Source: Dehalococcoidia bacterium | GTDB taxonomy: Bacteria > Chloroflexota > Dehalococcoidia > DSTF01 > JACRBR01 | Length of the DNA: 64,000 bases | Assembly (NCBI GenBank): GCA_021731085.1 | Contig: JAKFYB010000018.1 | Location: forward strand, 157,647 to 221,646 | Reading direction: 5' to 3' | Part shown: positions 10,146 to 18,863 of the stretch, in pieces | Layout of the letters: every line of letters begins with the position of its first letter | How positions within the stretch are numbered: the first letter of the stretch is position 1 | Program-made: the position numbers and the translations under genes | The notes under the pieces: generated by a model | What the model was told of the DNA's origin: nothing | The model's input: the letters and a program-made list of their open reading frames with translations, nothing else | Databases searched by the model: none

Positions 10146-10697
10146 ATGAGCAAGCCCATACTCCGAGTAATCGCGATCGTCGCATTAGCCGCTGTCGCCG
10201 CCGTTGCGGTCGCATGTGGCGGCGATGACGACGCAGACAACCCGACGGCAGTGCCATCCACGCCCTCCGCGACACAAGCCGCGTCAACGGAGCCAGCAGG
10301 CGAGACGCCAGCCAGCAATCCAACCGCAGAGGGGACCGCCGCTGGTGAAACCCCCGCCTCGTCCGATACGCCGGCCGCAGGTGGCGCGACTGTCCAGCTA
10401 GGCGAGGCCGGACTCGTCGATAGCGCCGGTTTCTCGCTCTACATCTTCGCGAGCGATGTCGCCGACAGCGGACAGAGTGCGTGCGTCGGTGGCTGCGCCA
10501 GCGCTTGGCCGCCTCTGGTCGACGAGTCACCCACGGCTGGCCCGGGCGTGACCGGCACGCTCGAGACGATCGCGCGCGCCGATGGATCCGTGCAAGTCAC
10601 CTACAACGGCAAGCCGCTGTATCGCTGGATCAATGACGAAAATCCGGGCGACACGACGGGTACAGCCATTAACAACTGGTCCCTCGCACAACCGTGA
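10146..10697 (+). CDS. Lipoprotein of the COG4315/Lipoprotein_15 family (secreted repeat of unknown function).
   Basis: Lipobox-like AVAVAC. Pro/Thr/Ala-rich linker. Signature SLYIFxxDxxxSGQSACxGGCAxAWPPL and GKPLYRWxxDxxPGDTxG. Confidence 0.65.
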   Translation: MSKPILRVIAIVALAAVAAVAVACGGDDDADNPTAVPSTPSATQAASTEPAGETPASNPTAEGTAAGETPASSDTPAAGGATVQLGEAGLVDSAGFSLYIFASDVADSGQSACVGGCASAWPPLVDESPTAGPGVTGTLETIARADGSVQVTYNGKPLYRWINDENPGDTTGTAINNWSLAQP

Positions 10698-11212
10698 TGC
10701 ACATCCAGACACGTCGCATGGGGATTCGCCTGCGGACGGCGCTGTGTGTAGCCGCTGTGATTGTCGTGATTGCCGTCGCAGCCTGCGGTGGCGGCGACGA
10801 CGAGCCCGCTGCCAACACTGGGACCCCTGTACCCGTTGAAAGTACGTCGATTCCGCAGATCCTGGCGACACCCGCCCCGCCGGAAGTGCGCGTCGCCGAT
10901 ATCGCAGGCCGGCGCATCCTTACGGACGTAGCAGGGTTCACGCTCTACACCTTCAACGAAGACAACGCCGGCGACGGCACAAGCGCCTGCAACGGAGCGT
11001 GTGGTCAGGCATGGCCGCCGTTCGTGATCGCGGGCACTGTCGTCACAGCGCCACCGGACGTGACTGGGCAATTCTCGACCATCGTTCGTATCGACACGTC
11101 GACCCAGGTCACGTACAACGGCAAGCCGCTGTATCGCTTTCGTTCCGACGAAGCGCCGGGAGACTTGAAGGGCGACAACTTCGGCGAAGCATGGTTCGCC
11201 GCCCAGCCCTGA
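10694..11212 (+). CDS. Second COG4315-family lipoprotein, a tandem paralog that is translationally coupled (ATGA overlap).
   Basis: Lipobox VAAC. The same TLYTFxxDxxGDGTSACNGACGQAWPP and GKPLYRFxSDEAPGD motifs. Confidence 0.65.
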   Translation: MMHIQTRRMGIRLRTALCVAAVIVVIAVAACGGGDDEPAANTGTPVPVESTSIPQILATPAPPEVRVADIAGRRILTDVAGFTLYTFNEDNAGDGTSACNGACGQAWPPFVIAGTVVTAPPDVTGQFSTIVRIDTSTQVTYNGKPLYRFRSDEAPGDLKGDNFGEAWFAAQP

Positions 11213-11214
11213 CG

Positions 11215-11520
11215 ATGTCGATCGCACCCGACGAAGAGGCGGGACTCCGCGCCTTCGCAATCCGCGTGGGCGTAGACGAAGCATCTACATCCACCGCGCC
11301 GTGTTGGATCGAAGTCCGCGGAACGCGAATCAACATCCATCGCATAGACGCCCGGTGGCGCGAAGAAGAGCGCATGGGGTTCCGCGTCACCCTCGCCGAC
11401 GACTCCTCCTGGTTGTTGTACTATGTGCCCGAACTCGACCTCTGGTCGGGTATCGCTGATGCGGGCGCTGTTGGAGGCCCCTTGTCAGCACCACGTTGGA
11501 GGCAGGGCGGCCCTTCGTAG
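11215..11520 (+). CDS. Hypothetical 101-aa protein (uncertain gene).
   Basis: The ORF starts 3 nt after the lipoprotein stop and ends 12 nt before the aminotransferase start. Moderate GC3 bias and no recognisable motif. Confidence 0.3.
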   Translation: MSIAPDEEAGLRAFAIRVGVDEASTSTAPCWIEVRGTRINIHRIDARWREEERMGFRVTLADDSSWLLYYVPELDLWSGIADAGAVGGPLSAPRWRQGGPS

Positions 11521-11531
11521 CTGGAGGGCGG

Positions 11532-12728
11532 ATGATGAGCGACGGCGTAACCCATCGCGGCAACATCTCACAGCACGTACAGTCGATTCCCTCTTCGGGC
11601 ATCCGGCGCTTCTTCGATCTGCTCGCCAGCATGGAGGGCGTAATCTCGCTCGGCGTCGGCCAACCGGACTTCGTCACCCCAAACCACATTCGCCAGGCGG
11701 CGATCAAGAGCATCGAAGACGGCGAGACGTACTACACATCGAACTACGGCCTTGTCGAACTGCGCGCCGCTATCTCTCGTCACATCAACAAGCTCTACGG
11801 TGTCCGCTACGACGCCGGCACCGAGATCATCGTTACGGCGGGTGTCAGTGAAGCGCTGCAGATCGCGCTCGAGGCCATCCTCGATCCCGGCGATGAAGTC
11901 CTCAGTCCCGATCCAGGCTACGTTGCCTATCTGCCGTGCGTGATGCTCGCGGGCGGCGTTTATCTGCAGGTTCCGACCCGCGCAATCGACGGCTTCCAGC
12001 TCCACCCTGAAGAACTCGAGTCGCGCATCACGCCGCGCACGAAGGCGATCCTCTTCGGCTATCCGGCAAACCCCACCGGCGCGGTCATGACGCCGGAGAC
12101 TGCGAACGCAGTCGCGACCATCGCCGAAAAGCACAACCTCTTCGTCATCTCCGACGAGATCTACGATCGCCTCGTCTTCGGCACGGAGCACATCTGCTTC
12201 CCGTCGATCGACAAGATGAAGGAACGGACGATCCTGCTCGGTGGCTTCTCGAAGGCATACGCCATGACGGGCTGGCGGCTCGCGTACACCTGCGCGCGCA
12301 GCGAACTCACCGAAGCGATGATGAAGGTCCATCAGTACGTGATGATGTCGGCGCCGACACCGGCGCAGTTTGCCGCGCTTCAGGCGTTGAACGCCGGCGA
12401 AGAAGACGTGCGCGGCATGGTCGCCGAGTACGACCGCCGGCGGCAGTTCGTCGTCGGTCGCCTCAACGAGATAGGTCTGCCGTGCCAGGAGCCGAAGGGC
12501 GCGTTCTACGCATTTCCACAAATCGGCGGCAGCGGCATGAACGACGAGACCTTCGCAGAGCGCTTGCTCATGGAAGAGCGTGTTGCCGTCATCCCCGGGT
12601 CAGCGTTCGGCGAGGCGGGGGCCGGCCACGTACGCATCTGCTACGCGCAGAACTACGATCTGCTCGTCGAGGCAATGGACCGCATGGAGCGCTTCGTCGA
12701 CCGCAACCGCATCGGATCCGGCAAATAG
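11532..12728 (+). CDS. PLP-dependent aminotransferase, class I (AspC/aromatic aminotransferase-like).
   Basis: PLP-lysine motif GGFSKAYAMTGWRLAY, plus N-terminal SSGIRRFFD and GxGxPDF motifs. GGAGGG RBS. Confidence 0.85.
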   Translation: MMSDGVTHRGNISQHVQSIPSSGIRRFFDLLASMEGVISLGVGQPDFVTPNHIRQAAIKSIEDGETYYTSNYGLVELRAAISRHINKLYGVRYDAGTEIIVTAGVSEALQIALEAILDPGDEVLSPDPGYVAYLPCVMLAGGVYLQVPTRAIDGFQLHPEELESRITPRTKAILFGYPANPTGAVMTPETANAVATIAEKHNLFVISDEIYDRLVFGTEHICFPSIDKMKERTILLGGFSKAYAMTGWRLAYTCARSELTEAMMKVHQYVMMSAPTPAQFAALQALNAGEEDVRGMVAEYDRRRQFVVGRLNEIGLPCQEPKGAFYAFPQIGGSGMNDETFAERLLMEERVAVIPGSAFGEAGAGHVRICYAQNYDLLVEAMDRMERFVDRNRIGSGK

Positions 12729-12809
12729 CGCCCGGCACAGGCGGCTAACGCTCCCTTAGGCGTGTTGATGAATTTGAGAATAAACCAATAAAACACGCCC
12801 TAAAACCCC

Positions 12810-12838
12810 TTCACATTCCCCAGCCTCGAACCTACAAT
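12810..12838 (+). promoter_or_regulatory. Near-consensus sigma70-type promoter (TTCACA-17 nt-TACAAT) for fdxA, in a local AT-rich island. A 9-bp inverted repeat, AGGCGTGTT..AACACGCCT (12758-12799), lies just upstream.
   Basis: Hexamers and spacing are read directly from the sequence. It lies 40-70 nt upstream of the fdxA start. Confidence 0.45.
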
Positions 12839-12881
12839 ACCGCTGGAGTCGCGTTCAAACCGCCAGTTGAAGGAGATCTGA

Positions 12882-13175
12882 ATGACGTACATCATCACTG
12901 AACCCTGCATCGCCACGAAGGATCGGTCCTGTGTGGACGTCTGCCCTGTGGACTGCATCCACGACGACGGCGATGACGACAAGATTCTGTATATCGACCC
13001 GGACGAGTGCATCGACTGCGGCGCTTGTGAGCCCGCATGCCCCGTGAACGCGATCTTCGCCGAGGACGACGTGCCGGACAACATGTCCGCTTACACGGAG
13101 ATCAACGGTCTCTGGTACAAGGACAAGGACGCCGCGCGCGCAAAGGTCGATGCGATCGCGCCAGCGGCTGAGTAA
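12882..13175 (+). CDS. fdxA: 7Fe ferredoxin ([3Fe-4S][4Fe-4S], FdxA type).
   Basis: Cys pattern CxxDxCPVDC...CxxCxxCxxxCP, with the MTYIITEPC N-terminus typical of FdxA. GAAGGAG RBS. Confidence 0.9.
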   Translation: MTYIITEPCIATKDRSCVDVCPVDCIHDDGDDDKILYIDPDECIDCGACEPACPVNAIFAEDDVPDNMSAYTEINGLWYKDKDAARAKVDAIAPAAE

Positions 13176-13198
13176 GGCCACCTTCGCTTGACATGATC

Positions 13199-13230
13199 GG
13201 AAGCCCGGACTCGTTCCGGGCTTTCTGCTT
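13199..13230 (+). terminator. Rho-independent terminator after fdxA (GAAGCCCGGA-loop-TCCGGGCTT followed by a T-rich tract).
   Basis: Hairpin plus TTTCTGCTT, seen directly. Confidence 0.6.
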
Positions 13231-13392
13231 GTCATCGCAGGTGGGTGTGAACCTGGACGGTGGTTCTCACCACGGAGTTCGGCGAGAACCTCGTCAGAAA
13301 ACCGCCTTAGCATTGAATGTGTCGGAGCCTGCGAGAGTCGTGCCCTCGCTGTCGCAGGCTTCTTCGGTGGCGGGACCGCGCGCAGTCACGTT

Positions 13393-13920
13393 CTACGTGG
13401 CTGCGCCTCCCTCTGCCGGATGCTCAACGCGCGCGGCGGCGGCCCCCTGTCGCCGCGCCCGTTGCTGCCAGCTCCAGGAAAACTCCGCGACCAGCACCAT
13501 CAGCCCCGTCCAGATGACGATATCACCGGGGCTCACCGCCATCCCCCCGCGTCCAGCCTTGATCACGATCTGATCCCCCAGAGCCGTCAGCCGCCCTGTG
13601 CCGGGGCCAACGAGCACATCCTTCGATCCCTGGATCCATTCCCCTGTGGCGTATTCCGAGGCTCGCTCGACGCCGATTGCCTCGATCATGGTTGCTCGCG
13701 TGATCGGCATCAGGCCGCCGTTCGCGAGAATTGCCGCAAGGTTCGCCGAAACTCCGACAAACACGATCCACACGCCCACGCGATCTCGGTAAGCCCACAA
13801 CGCCAGCGGTACAGCCGCAATCGTTGCCGGCACGACCACTCTCACGAGGAGTTCAGACGTCGAGAAGCGCAACACGAGGAACTGCACGACGAGCAGCGTT
13901 ACGGCGAAGCAGGCGCTCAT
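13393..13920 (-). CDS. Integral membrane protein, DUF5317-like.
   Basis: Multiple TM helices. SANLAAILANGGLMP and SPGDIVIWTGL resemble the DUF5317 signatures (SNLAAIxANGGxMP, SxGDVLI), but this is recalled from memory. Confidence 0.5.
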   Translation of the reverse strand: MSACFAVTLLVVQFLVLRFSTSELLVRVVVPATIAAVPLALWAYRDRVGVWIVFVGVSANLAAILANGGLMPITRATMIEAIGVERASEYATGEWIQGSKDVLVGPGTGRLTALGDQIVIKAGRGGMAVSPGDIVIWTGLMVLVAEFSWSWQQRARRQGAAAARVEHPAEGGAAT

Positions 13921-14092
13921 GGTGGCACGGTTCTGCTGCAAGCGACGTTCCTTTCGAGGCAGAGAAGTATCGGCTTCGGGGCTCGCTTTCCTGCGCGTCA
14001 GCCTGCGCTCTCAGCACTCGCTGCGGGCACAGCAAAGGGCCACCCCGGCTCATGCTGGGGCGGCCCTACGCATATTTGTCCTGCGGGCCGCC

Positions 14093-14182
14093 TTAGCGGC
14101 CCCAGATCCACGGCGCCACGGCCAGTGCCGTCACGGCGACAAAGTTCAGGGCGACGATGGCTGCGGGAATGTAGCGGGACAT
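14093..14182 (-). CDS. 29-aa hydrophobic small protein (MSRYIPAAIVALNFVAVTALAVAPWIWGR) with a perfect Shine-Dalgarno.
   Basis: GGAGGT lies 7 nt upstream of the ATG. Strong GC3 bias. A single predicted TM helix. Below the 60-aa ORF-track threshold. Confidence 0.45.
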   Translation of the reverse strand: MSRYIPAAIVALNFVAVTALAVAPWIWGR

Positions 14183-14396
14183 GGTTACCTCCAAAAGCTG
14201 CTTCCTCTTGTTCTATGTCCAGAATCGGCAGGGTTTGCCCGTACTTGAGGGCTAAAGGACTCGTACGCGAATCTTCTTGGCCAGACGGGCTGCCAGCCTG
14301 ATTCCGACCCGTAGGACGCCCTACGAAGCTTGAAGCGAGTCTGTTGTTCGGGGTGTAGGGGTGTGTTAGGCTTCGCGCCAGAATTCACAAAGTATT

Positions 14397-14416
14397 TGGA
14401 CGCCCATATGGACGCC
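14397..14416. promoter_or_regulatory. Direct repeat TGGACGCC x2 around a CATATG palindrome in the nuoA upstream region, a candidate regulator site.
   Basis: Seen in the sequence, about 60 nt upstream of the nuoA GTG start in a lower-GC spacer. Confidence 0.25.
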
Positions 14417-14471
14417 GGCGGCGGCGCACAGGGAAGCGTCCCGGCACCCTTCCCAGCTTCGAGAGGCGACC

Positions 14472-14843
14472 GTGATCGACCAATTCGGGCGGGCCGGATT
14501 CCTGCTTGTCTTCGCGGTGATCTTCCCGCTGATCCCCATCGTGGCGTCGGTCGCTCTTGGGCTCTTCAAGATTCGCCCAAGCAAGCCGGATCCCATCAAA
14601 GACTCGATTTATGAGTGTGGGATGGTGCCAATTGGCGACGCCCAGGTTCGCTACAACGTCCGTTACTACGTTTTCGGCCTGCTCTTCGTCGTCTTCGACG
14701 TCGAGGCCGTCTTCCTCTACCCGTGGGCCGTCGCCTACGTAGGCCTCGGTGTGTACGCCTTCTTCGAGGCCCTGATCTTCATGGCCATCCTGTTCATCGG
14801 CTACGCGTATGCCTGGCGCAAGGGCGCTATGGAGTGGCTGTGA
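14472..14843 (+). CDS. nuoA: NADH-quinone oxidoreductase subunit A.
   Basis: GTG start with a GAGAGG RBS. Three TM helices. Conserved IYECGMVP and VFDVEAVFLYPWA. Confidence 0.9.
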   Translation: MIDQFGRAGFLLVFAVIFPLIPIVASVALGLFKIRPSKPDPIKDSIYECGMVPIGDAQVRYNVRYYVFGLLFVVFDVEAVFLYPWAVAYVGLGVYAFFEALIFMAILFIGYAYAWRKGAMEWL

Positions 14844-15394
14844 TGCCTCACCCGAAGACGGTCACGCTGTCCGGTGAAGCCGTCGCCGCACGTCTGCGGG
14901 CGTCGCAGCCAGAGGCCGTGCGATCCGCGACAGAGCAGTATGTCGTCCTCGAACCCGCGGGCATGTACGAAGCCATGCTCTTCCTCCGTGACGACGCGGA
15001 ACTCGATGGTAAGTTCCTCATCCAGCTCTGCAGCGTCGACCTGCACACGCGGATGGACATGGTCTATCACTTCGCATCCCTCGCCCAGAACCACATGTTC
15101 CAGGTGAAGGTGCCGTGCGATCACGAGAAGCCCGTCGTGCAGTCGATCGCGCCATTGTGGGCCGGTGCATGGCTGCAGGAGCGCGAGGTGTACGACCTCA
15201 TGGGTGTGATGTTCGAAGGACACCCGAGCCTCACCCGCCTGTTTTTGTGGGACTCGTTCCCCGGCCACCCGTTGCGTAAGGACTTCATGTCGCTGCCCGG
15301 CGGCTTGAAGCCCGGCCTCAGTCAGTTCCCAAAGCAAAAGGAAGGGCAGACGGGACAAGAGTTCCGCCCGCAGCGTCCTGGTACAGGTCTGTAG
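14843..15394 (+). CDS. nuoC: NADH-quinone oxidoreductase subunit C (30 kDa). It follows nuoA directly, with no nuoB.
   Basis: The ATG overlaps the nuoA stop (ATGA). Conserved EREVYDLMGVMFEGHP motif. The longer ORF from 14615 is an out-of-frame overlap with nuoA. Confidence 0.85.
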   Translation: MPHPKTVTLSGEAVAARLRASQPEAVRSATEQYVVLEPAGMYEAMLFLRDDAELDGKFLIQLCSVDLHTRMDMVYHFASLAQNHMFQVKVPCDHEKPVVQSIAPLWAGAWLQEREVYDLMGVMFEGHPSLTRLFLWDSFPGHPLRKDFMSLPGGLKPGLSQFPKQKEGQTGQEFRPQRPGTGL

Positions 15395-15420
15395 TGACCG
15401 TGGGGTGAGGAGCCCCGAAC

Positions 15421-16527
15421 ATGCCAGTCAAAGCAGCGCCCGTCGAAGTGAATATCGGACCACAACACCCGTCTACGCACGGCGTGTTCCGCATGGTCGC
15501 GAAGATCGACGGCGAACGCATCGTCGACGTGAACATGATTGTCGGCTACCTCCACCGCAGCATGGAGAAGCTCGCCGAAGAGCGCACGTTCACACAGAAC
15601 ATCCCCTTCACCGACCGCATGGACTATCTCGCTGCGATGTCGGGGAACCTTGGCTACTGCCTCTCCGTCGAAAAGCTCGCCGGCGTTGAAGTGCCCGAGC
15701 GCGCGATGTACCTGCGCGTCATCTTCGCCGAACTCCAGCGCGTTGCCAGCCACTGCATGGCGACCGGCGCCTTCATCAATGACTGCGGCGCCTGGCAGAC
15801 GCCCGTCATGTGGTGCTTCCGCGACCGCGAGCGTGTGCTCGACTTGTTCGAGATGACCTGCGGCGCGCGCCTCACGACGAACTACATGCGCATCGGCGGC
15901 GTCGCCTTCGACATCCCGGACGAGTTCCTCCCTGCGCTCGACAAGCTGATCAACGACGAACTGCCAAAGGCGTTCGAGGAGTACGAAGAGCTGATCGTCG
16001 GCAATGAGATCATTATGATGCGCGCGCGCGACGTAGGCGTCGTGACTCCGGAAGTCGCAATCAACGCATCGCTCAGTGGCCCTCTACTGCGCAGCGCCGG
16101 CATCGCCTGGGACCTCCGCAAGGCCGACCCCTACTGCGGCTACGATCGCTTCAAGTTCGACATTCCCGTGGGCTACAACGGCGACGCCTACGACCGCATG
16201 GTCATCCGCATCGAGGAGATGAAGCAGAGCCTGCGCATCATCCGCCAGGCCGTCGCTGATTTGCCCGATGGCGCGCACAAGACCGACATTCCGCTTGCCT
16301 TGCGCCCGCCCGCCGGCGAGGCGTACTCGCGCGTCGAGTCACCGAAGGGCGAACTGGGCTTCTACGTCGTTAGCGACGGCGGCCCTGCGCCGTATCGCTG
16401 GCATGTTCGCGCGCCATCCCTCATCAATCTCAGCGTGTTGCGCGAGATGACGATTGGCCAGACGATCTCGGACGCGATCGTCACGCTCGGCAGCATCGAC
16501 ATTAACGTTGGGGAGCTGGATCGCTGA
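15421..16527 (+). CDS. nuoD: NADH-quinone oxidoreductase subunit D (49 kDa).
   Basis: N-terminal NIGPQHPSTHGVFR, the RMDY motif, and a C-terminal VTLGSIDINVGELDR. Confidence 0.92.
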   Translation: MPVKAAPVEVNIGPQHPSTHGVFRMVAKIDGERIVDVNMIVGYLHRSMEKLAEERTFTQNIPFTDRMDYLAAMSGNLGYCLSVEKLAGVEVPERAMYLRVIFAELQRVASHCMATGAFINDCGAWQTPVMWCFRDRERVLDLFEMTCGARLTTNYMRIGGVAFDIPDEFLPALDKLINDELPKAFEEYEELIVGNEIIMMRARDVGVVTPEVAINASLSGPLLRSAGIAWDLRKADPYCGYDRFKFDIPVGYNGDAYDRMVIRIEEMKQSLRIIRQAVADLPDGAHKTDIPLALRPPAGEAYSRVESPKGELGFYVVSDGGPAPYRWHVRAPSLINLSVLREMTIGQTISDAIVTLGSIDINVGELDR

Positions 16528-17816
16528 TGACGATGCTGCTCGACCTCATAACCGGCTACTGGTGGGACGCGCGCGACCTCTCGAACATGACGCGCCCGTT
16601 GTACGAGTTCCTGCGTGACCAGGGTGTGTCCGATGCGGGCATCTTCGTCATCTCGGCACTCCTCGGGACGCTCGCGATCATTTCGTTCGTCGGCGCCGTC
16701 GCGATCATCAACATCTGGGTCGAACGGCGCGTTGTCGGCCGCATGCAGTCACGCCTCGGCCCGAACCGCCTCGGCCCGTTTGGCCTGCTCCAACCCATCG
16801 CCGACGCCATCAAGCTGATGCAGAAAGAAGTGCTACAGCCAGCGTCCGCCCCCGGCTGGATCTACACCGTCGCGCCGATCGCATTCACCGTTCCCGGCAT
16901 CGCAATCCTCGCCGTCATCCCGTGGGGACGGAATATGGTGCTCGCCAACCTCGATGTTGGCTTGCTGTACATCCTCGGCCTGTCGTCGCTAGCCGTGCTC
17001 TCCGTGTTCATGGCCGGCTACAGCTCGAACAACAAGTACTCTCTCTTCGGCGCGATGCGCGTCATCGCCATGCTCGTCAGCTATGAGATCCCGATCGTCG
17101 CCGGGCTGCTTGGCATCGTGCTCTTCGCCGGCAGCATGAACTTGCAGGAGATCGTCCTCTTTCAAGAGGAGCACTGGGCCTTCATGATCATGCTCCAGCC
17201 GCTCGCCTTCCTCATTTACTTCTTCTCGATCTCCGCCGAACTCAATCGAACGCCTGCCGACATCGCTGAAGCGGAGTCCGAAATCGTCGGCGGCTACCAC
17301 ACCGAGTACTCGGGCATGAAGTTCGGCTTGTTTTACGCCGCAGAGCTGATCAACGCCGTTGCCGTTTCCGCGATCATCGCGACGCTCTTCCTCGGTGGCT
17401 GGTGGACGTATAAGCTCGATGAATTCATCCCTGGCTGGATGCTCCTCATCGGCAAGATCTACGGCGTCTACTTCATCTTCGTCTGGACACGTGGCACGCT
17501 CCCGCGCTTCCGCATCGACCAGCTACTCGCGTTCGCGTGGAAGTGGCTGACGCCGATGGCACTCATCAACGTCATCGTAGTCGCAGCGGAGGTCCTTCTC
17601 TGGAACGAGACCGGCTGGAGCGACTGGTTCTGGATCCCGGCAATCATCGCCATCAACACGGCGCTCTGCGTTGGATTGATTGTCTTCTTCGTGAAGGTCT
17701 TCGCGCCGAAGTTCCAGCGCTTCCCGACGCGTCCGCGCTTCTATCCGGGCATCGACGTCCCGTCGTTGCCTGCCGTCACGCCGCCCGACTTCGCACGGAA
17801 GGGAGGCCCGGCATGA
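16527..17816 (+). CDS. nuoH: NADH-quinone oxidoreductase subunit H, with roughly 90 extra C-terminal residues.
   Basis: GLLQPIADAIKLMQKE motif. TGATG overlap with nuoD. 429 aa versus roughly 340 for a typical NuoH. Confidence 0.9.
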   Translation: MTMLLDLITGYWWDARDLSNMTRPLYEFLRDQGVSDAGIFVISALLGTLAIISFVGAVAIINIWVERRVVGRMQSRLGPNRLGPFGLLQPIADAIKLMQKEVLQPASAPGWIYTVAPIAFTVPGIAILAVIPWGRNMVLANLDVGLLYILGLSSLAVLSVFMAGYSSNNKYSLFGAMRVIAMLVSYEIPIVAGLLGIVLFAGSMNLQEIVLFQEEHWAFMIMLQPLAFLIYFFSISAELNRTPADIAEAESEIVGGYHTEYSGMKFGLFYAAELINAVAVSAIIATLFLGGWWTYKLDEFIPGWMLLIGKIYGVYFIFVWTRGTLPRFRIDQLLAFAWKWLTPMALINVIVVAAEVLLWNETGWSDWFWIPAIIAINTALCVGLIVFFVKVFAPKFQRFPTRPRFYPGIDVPSLPAVTPPDFARKGGPA

Positions 17817-18325
17817 TCGAAGACAACGGCATTGTTATTGCCTTCTGGATTCTCTCGGCCACAACCATTGCGTGCGCCCTGATGACGGCCGCCGTGCGCG
17901 AGCTCGTGCAGGCTGTGCTCTTTCTTGCGCTAACGTTCGTCGGCGCCGCCGGCATCTACATATGCCTGTCCGCGGACTTCGTCGCCGTCGCGCAGATCCT
18001 GATCTACGCCGGCGCTGTTAGCGTGCTCATGACGTTCGCCGTGATGCTCACCCCAGCCGCGGATCGTCACAATTCAGAGACGATATTCCAAGCGCCGGCG
18101 CTCGTGCTGTCCGGCCTGCTGCTCGCCGTCATCGTCTTCGTCGTGCTCGACACCGACTGGGCGATCTCCGACGCAGGCGCGTTCCAGACGACGGCGGCCT
18201 CCCTCGGGGAAGCATTCCTCAAGCCGTACGTCGTGCCGTTCGAAGTCGCGTCCGTGCTGCTGATGGTCGCCATGATCGGTGCCATCGTCCTGACGCGCGA
18301 GCTGGAGGAGGACGACGATGCATAG
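17813..18325 (+). CDS. nuoJ: NADH-quinone oxidoreductase subunit J. It follows nuoH directly, with no nuoI.
   Basis: The ATG overlaps the nuoH stop, with a GGAAGGGAGG RBS. Hydrophobic 170-aa protein with an acidic C-terminus. Confidence 0.85.
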   Translation: MIEDNGIVIAFWILSATTIACALMTAAVRELVQAVLFLALTFVGAAGIYICLSADFVAVAQILIYAGAVSVLMTFAVMLTPAADRHNSETIFQAPALVLSGLLLAVIVFVVLDTDWAISDAGAFQTTAASLGEAFLKPYVVPFEVASVLLMVAMIGAIVLTRELEEDDDA

Positions 18326-18653
18326 TCCCGTCCTGACGCTCGTGCTCCATCTCGAGGAAGTCCTTATTGTCGGAGCGGCCCTGTTCGCGATCGGTCTGTA
18401 CGTCGCGCTGTCGAAGCGCAACGCGATCGGCATCCTCATGGGCATCGAGCTCATGTTGAACGCTGTGAACATAACGTTCCTCGGCTTCGCCCGCATGAGC
18501 GTGTCGGAAGACCCGATCCAGGGCCACGTCTTCGCTGTCTTCGTGATCACAGTGGCCGCAGCAGAAGCCGCCGTAGCCCTCGCGCTCGCCGTCGCGATTT
18601 ACAAGCATCGGGAAACAGTGAACATCGACCAAATAGACCTGTTGCGGTGGTAG
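18318..18653 (+). CDS. nuoK: NADH-quinone oxidoreductase subunit K.
   Basis: About 110 aa with three TM helices and the GIELMLNAVN motif. Confidence 0.9.
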   Translation: MHSPVLTLVLHLEEVLIVGAALFAIGLYVALSKRNAIGILMGIELMLNAVNITFLGFARMSVSEDPIQGHVFAVFVITVAAAEAAVALALAVAIYKHRETVNIDQIDLLRW

Positions 18654-18671
18654 TAGCCGAGGACTGAGCTG

Positions 18672-18863
18672 ATGTGGTCAAAGCTGATGGATGTGAAGAA
18701 CGGCTACGCGGCCGAGGTGTGGAAGGAACTCTTCGATGCCGAGGGCGTCTCGAACCGCGTCGTCCCGCCGCTGCAGTCGGACGCTCCGATGTCGCAGGCG
18801 CGCGAGATCTGGGTGCCGGACAGCAAAACGCACGTCGCCGAAGAAATCATGAGGAAGATCTAG
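18672..18863 (+). CDS. Hydrophilic 63-aa ORF between nuoK and nuoL, of unknown function.
   Basis: Strong GC3 bias and a GAGGA RBS. Its stop codon abuts the nuoL TTG start. No TM segment. Confidence 0.55.
   Translation: MWSKLMDVKNGYAAEVWKELFDAEGVSNRVVPPLQSDAPMSQAREIWVPDSKTHVAEEIMRKI

Noticed and set aside
14615-14842. N-terminal 76-aa extension of the nuoC ORF.
   Set aside because: It is out-of-frame overlap with nuoA. The real nuoC start is the ATG at 14843 overlapping the nuoA stop. The extension is Arg-rich nonsense.
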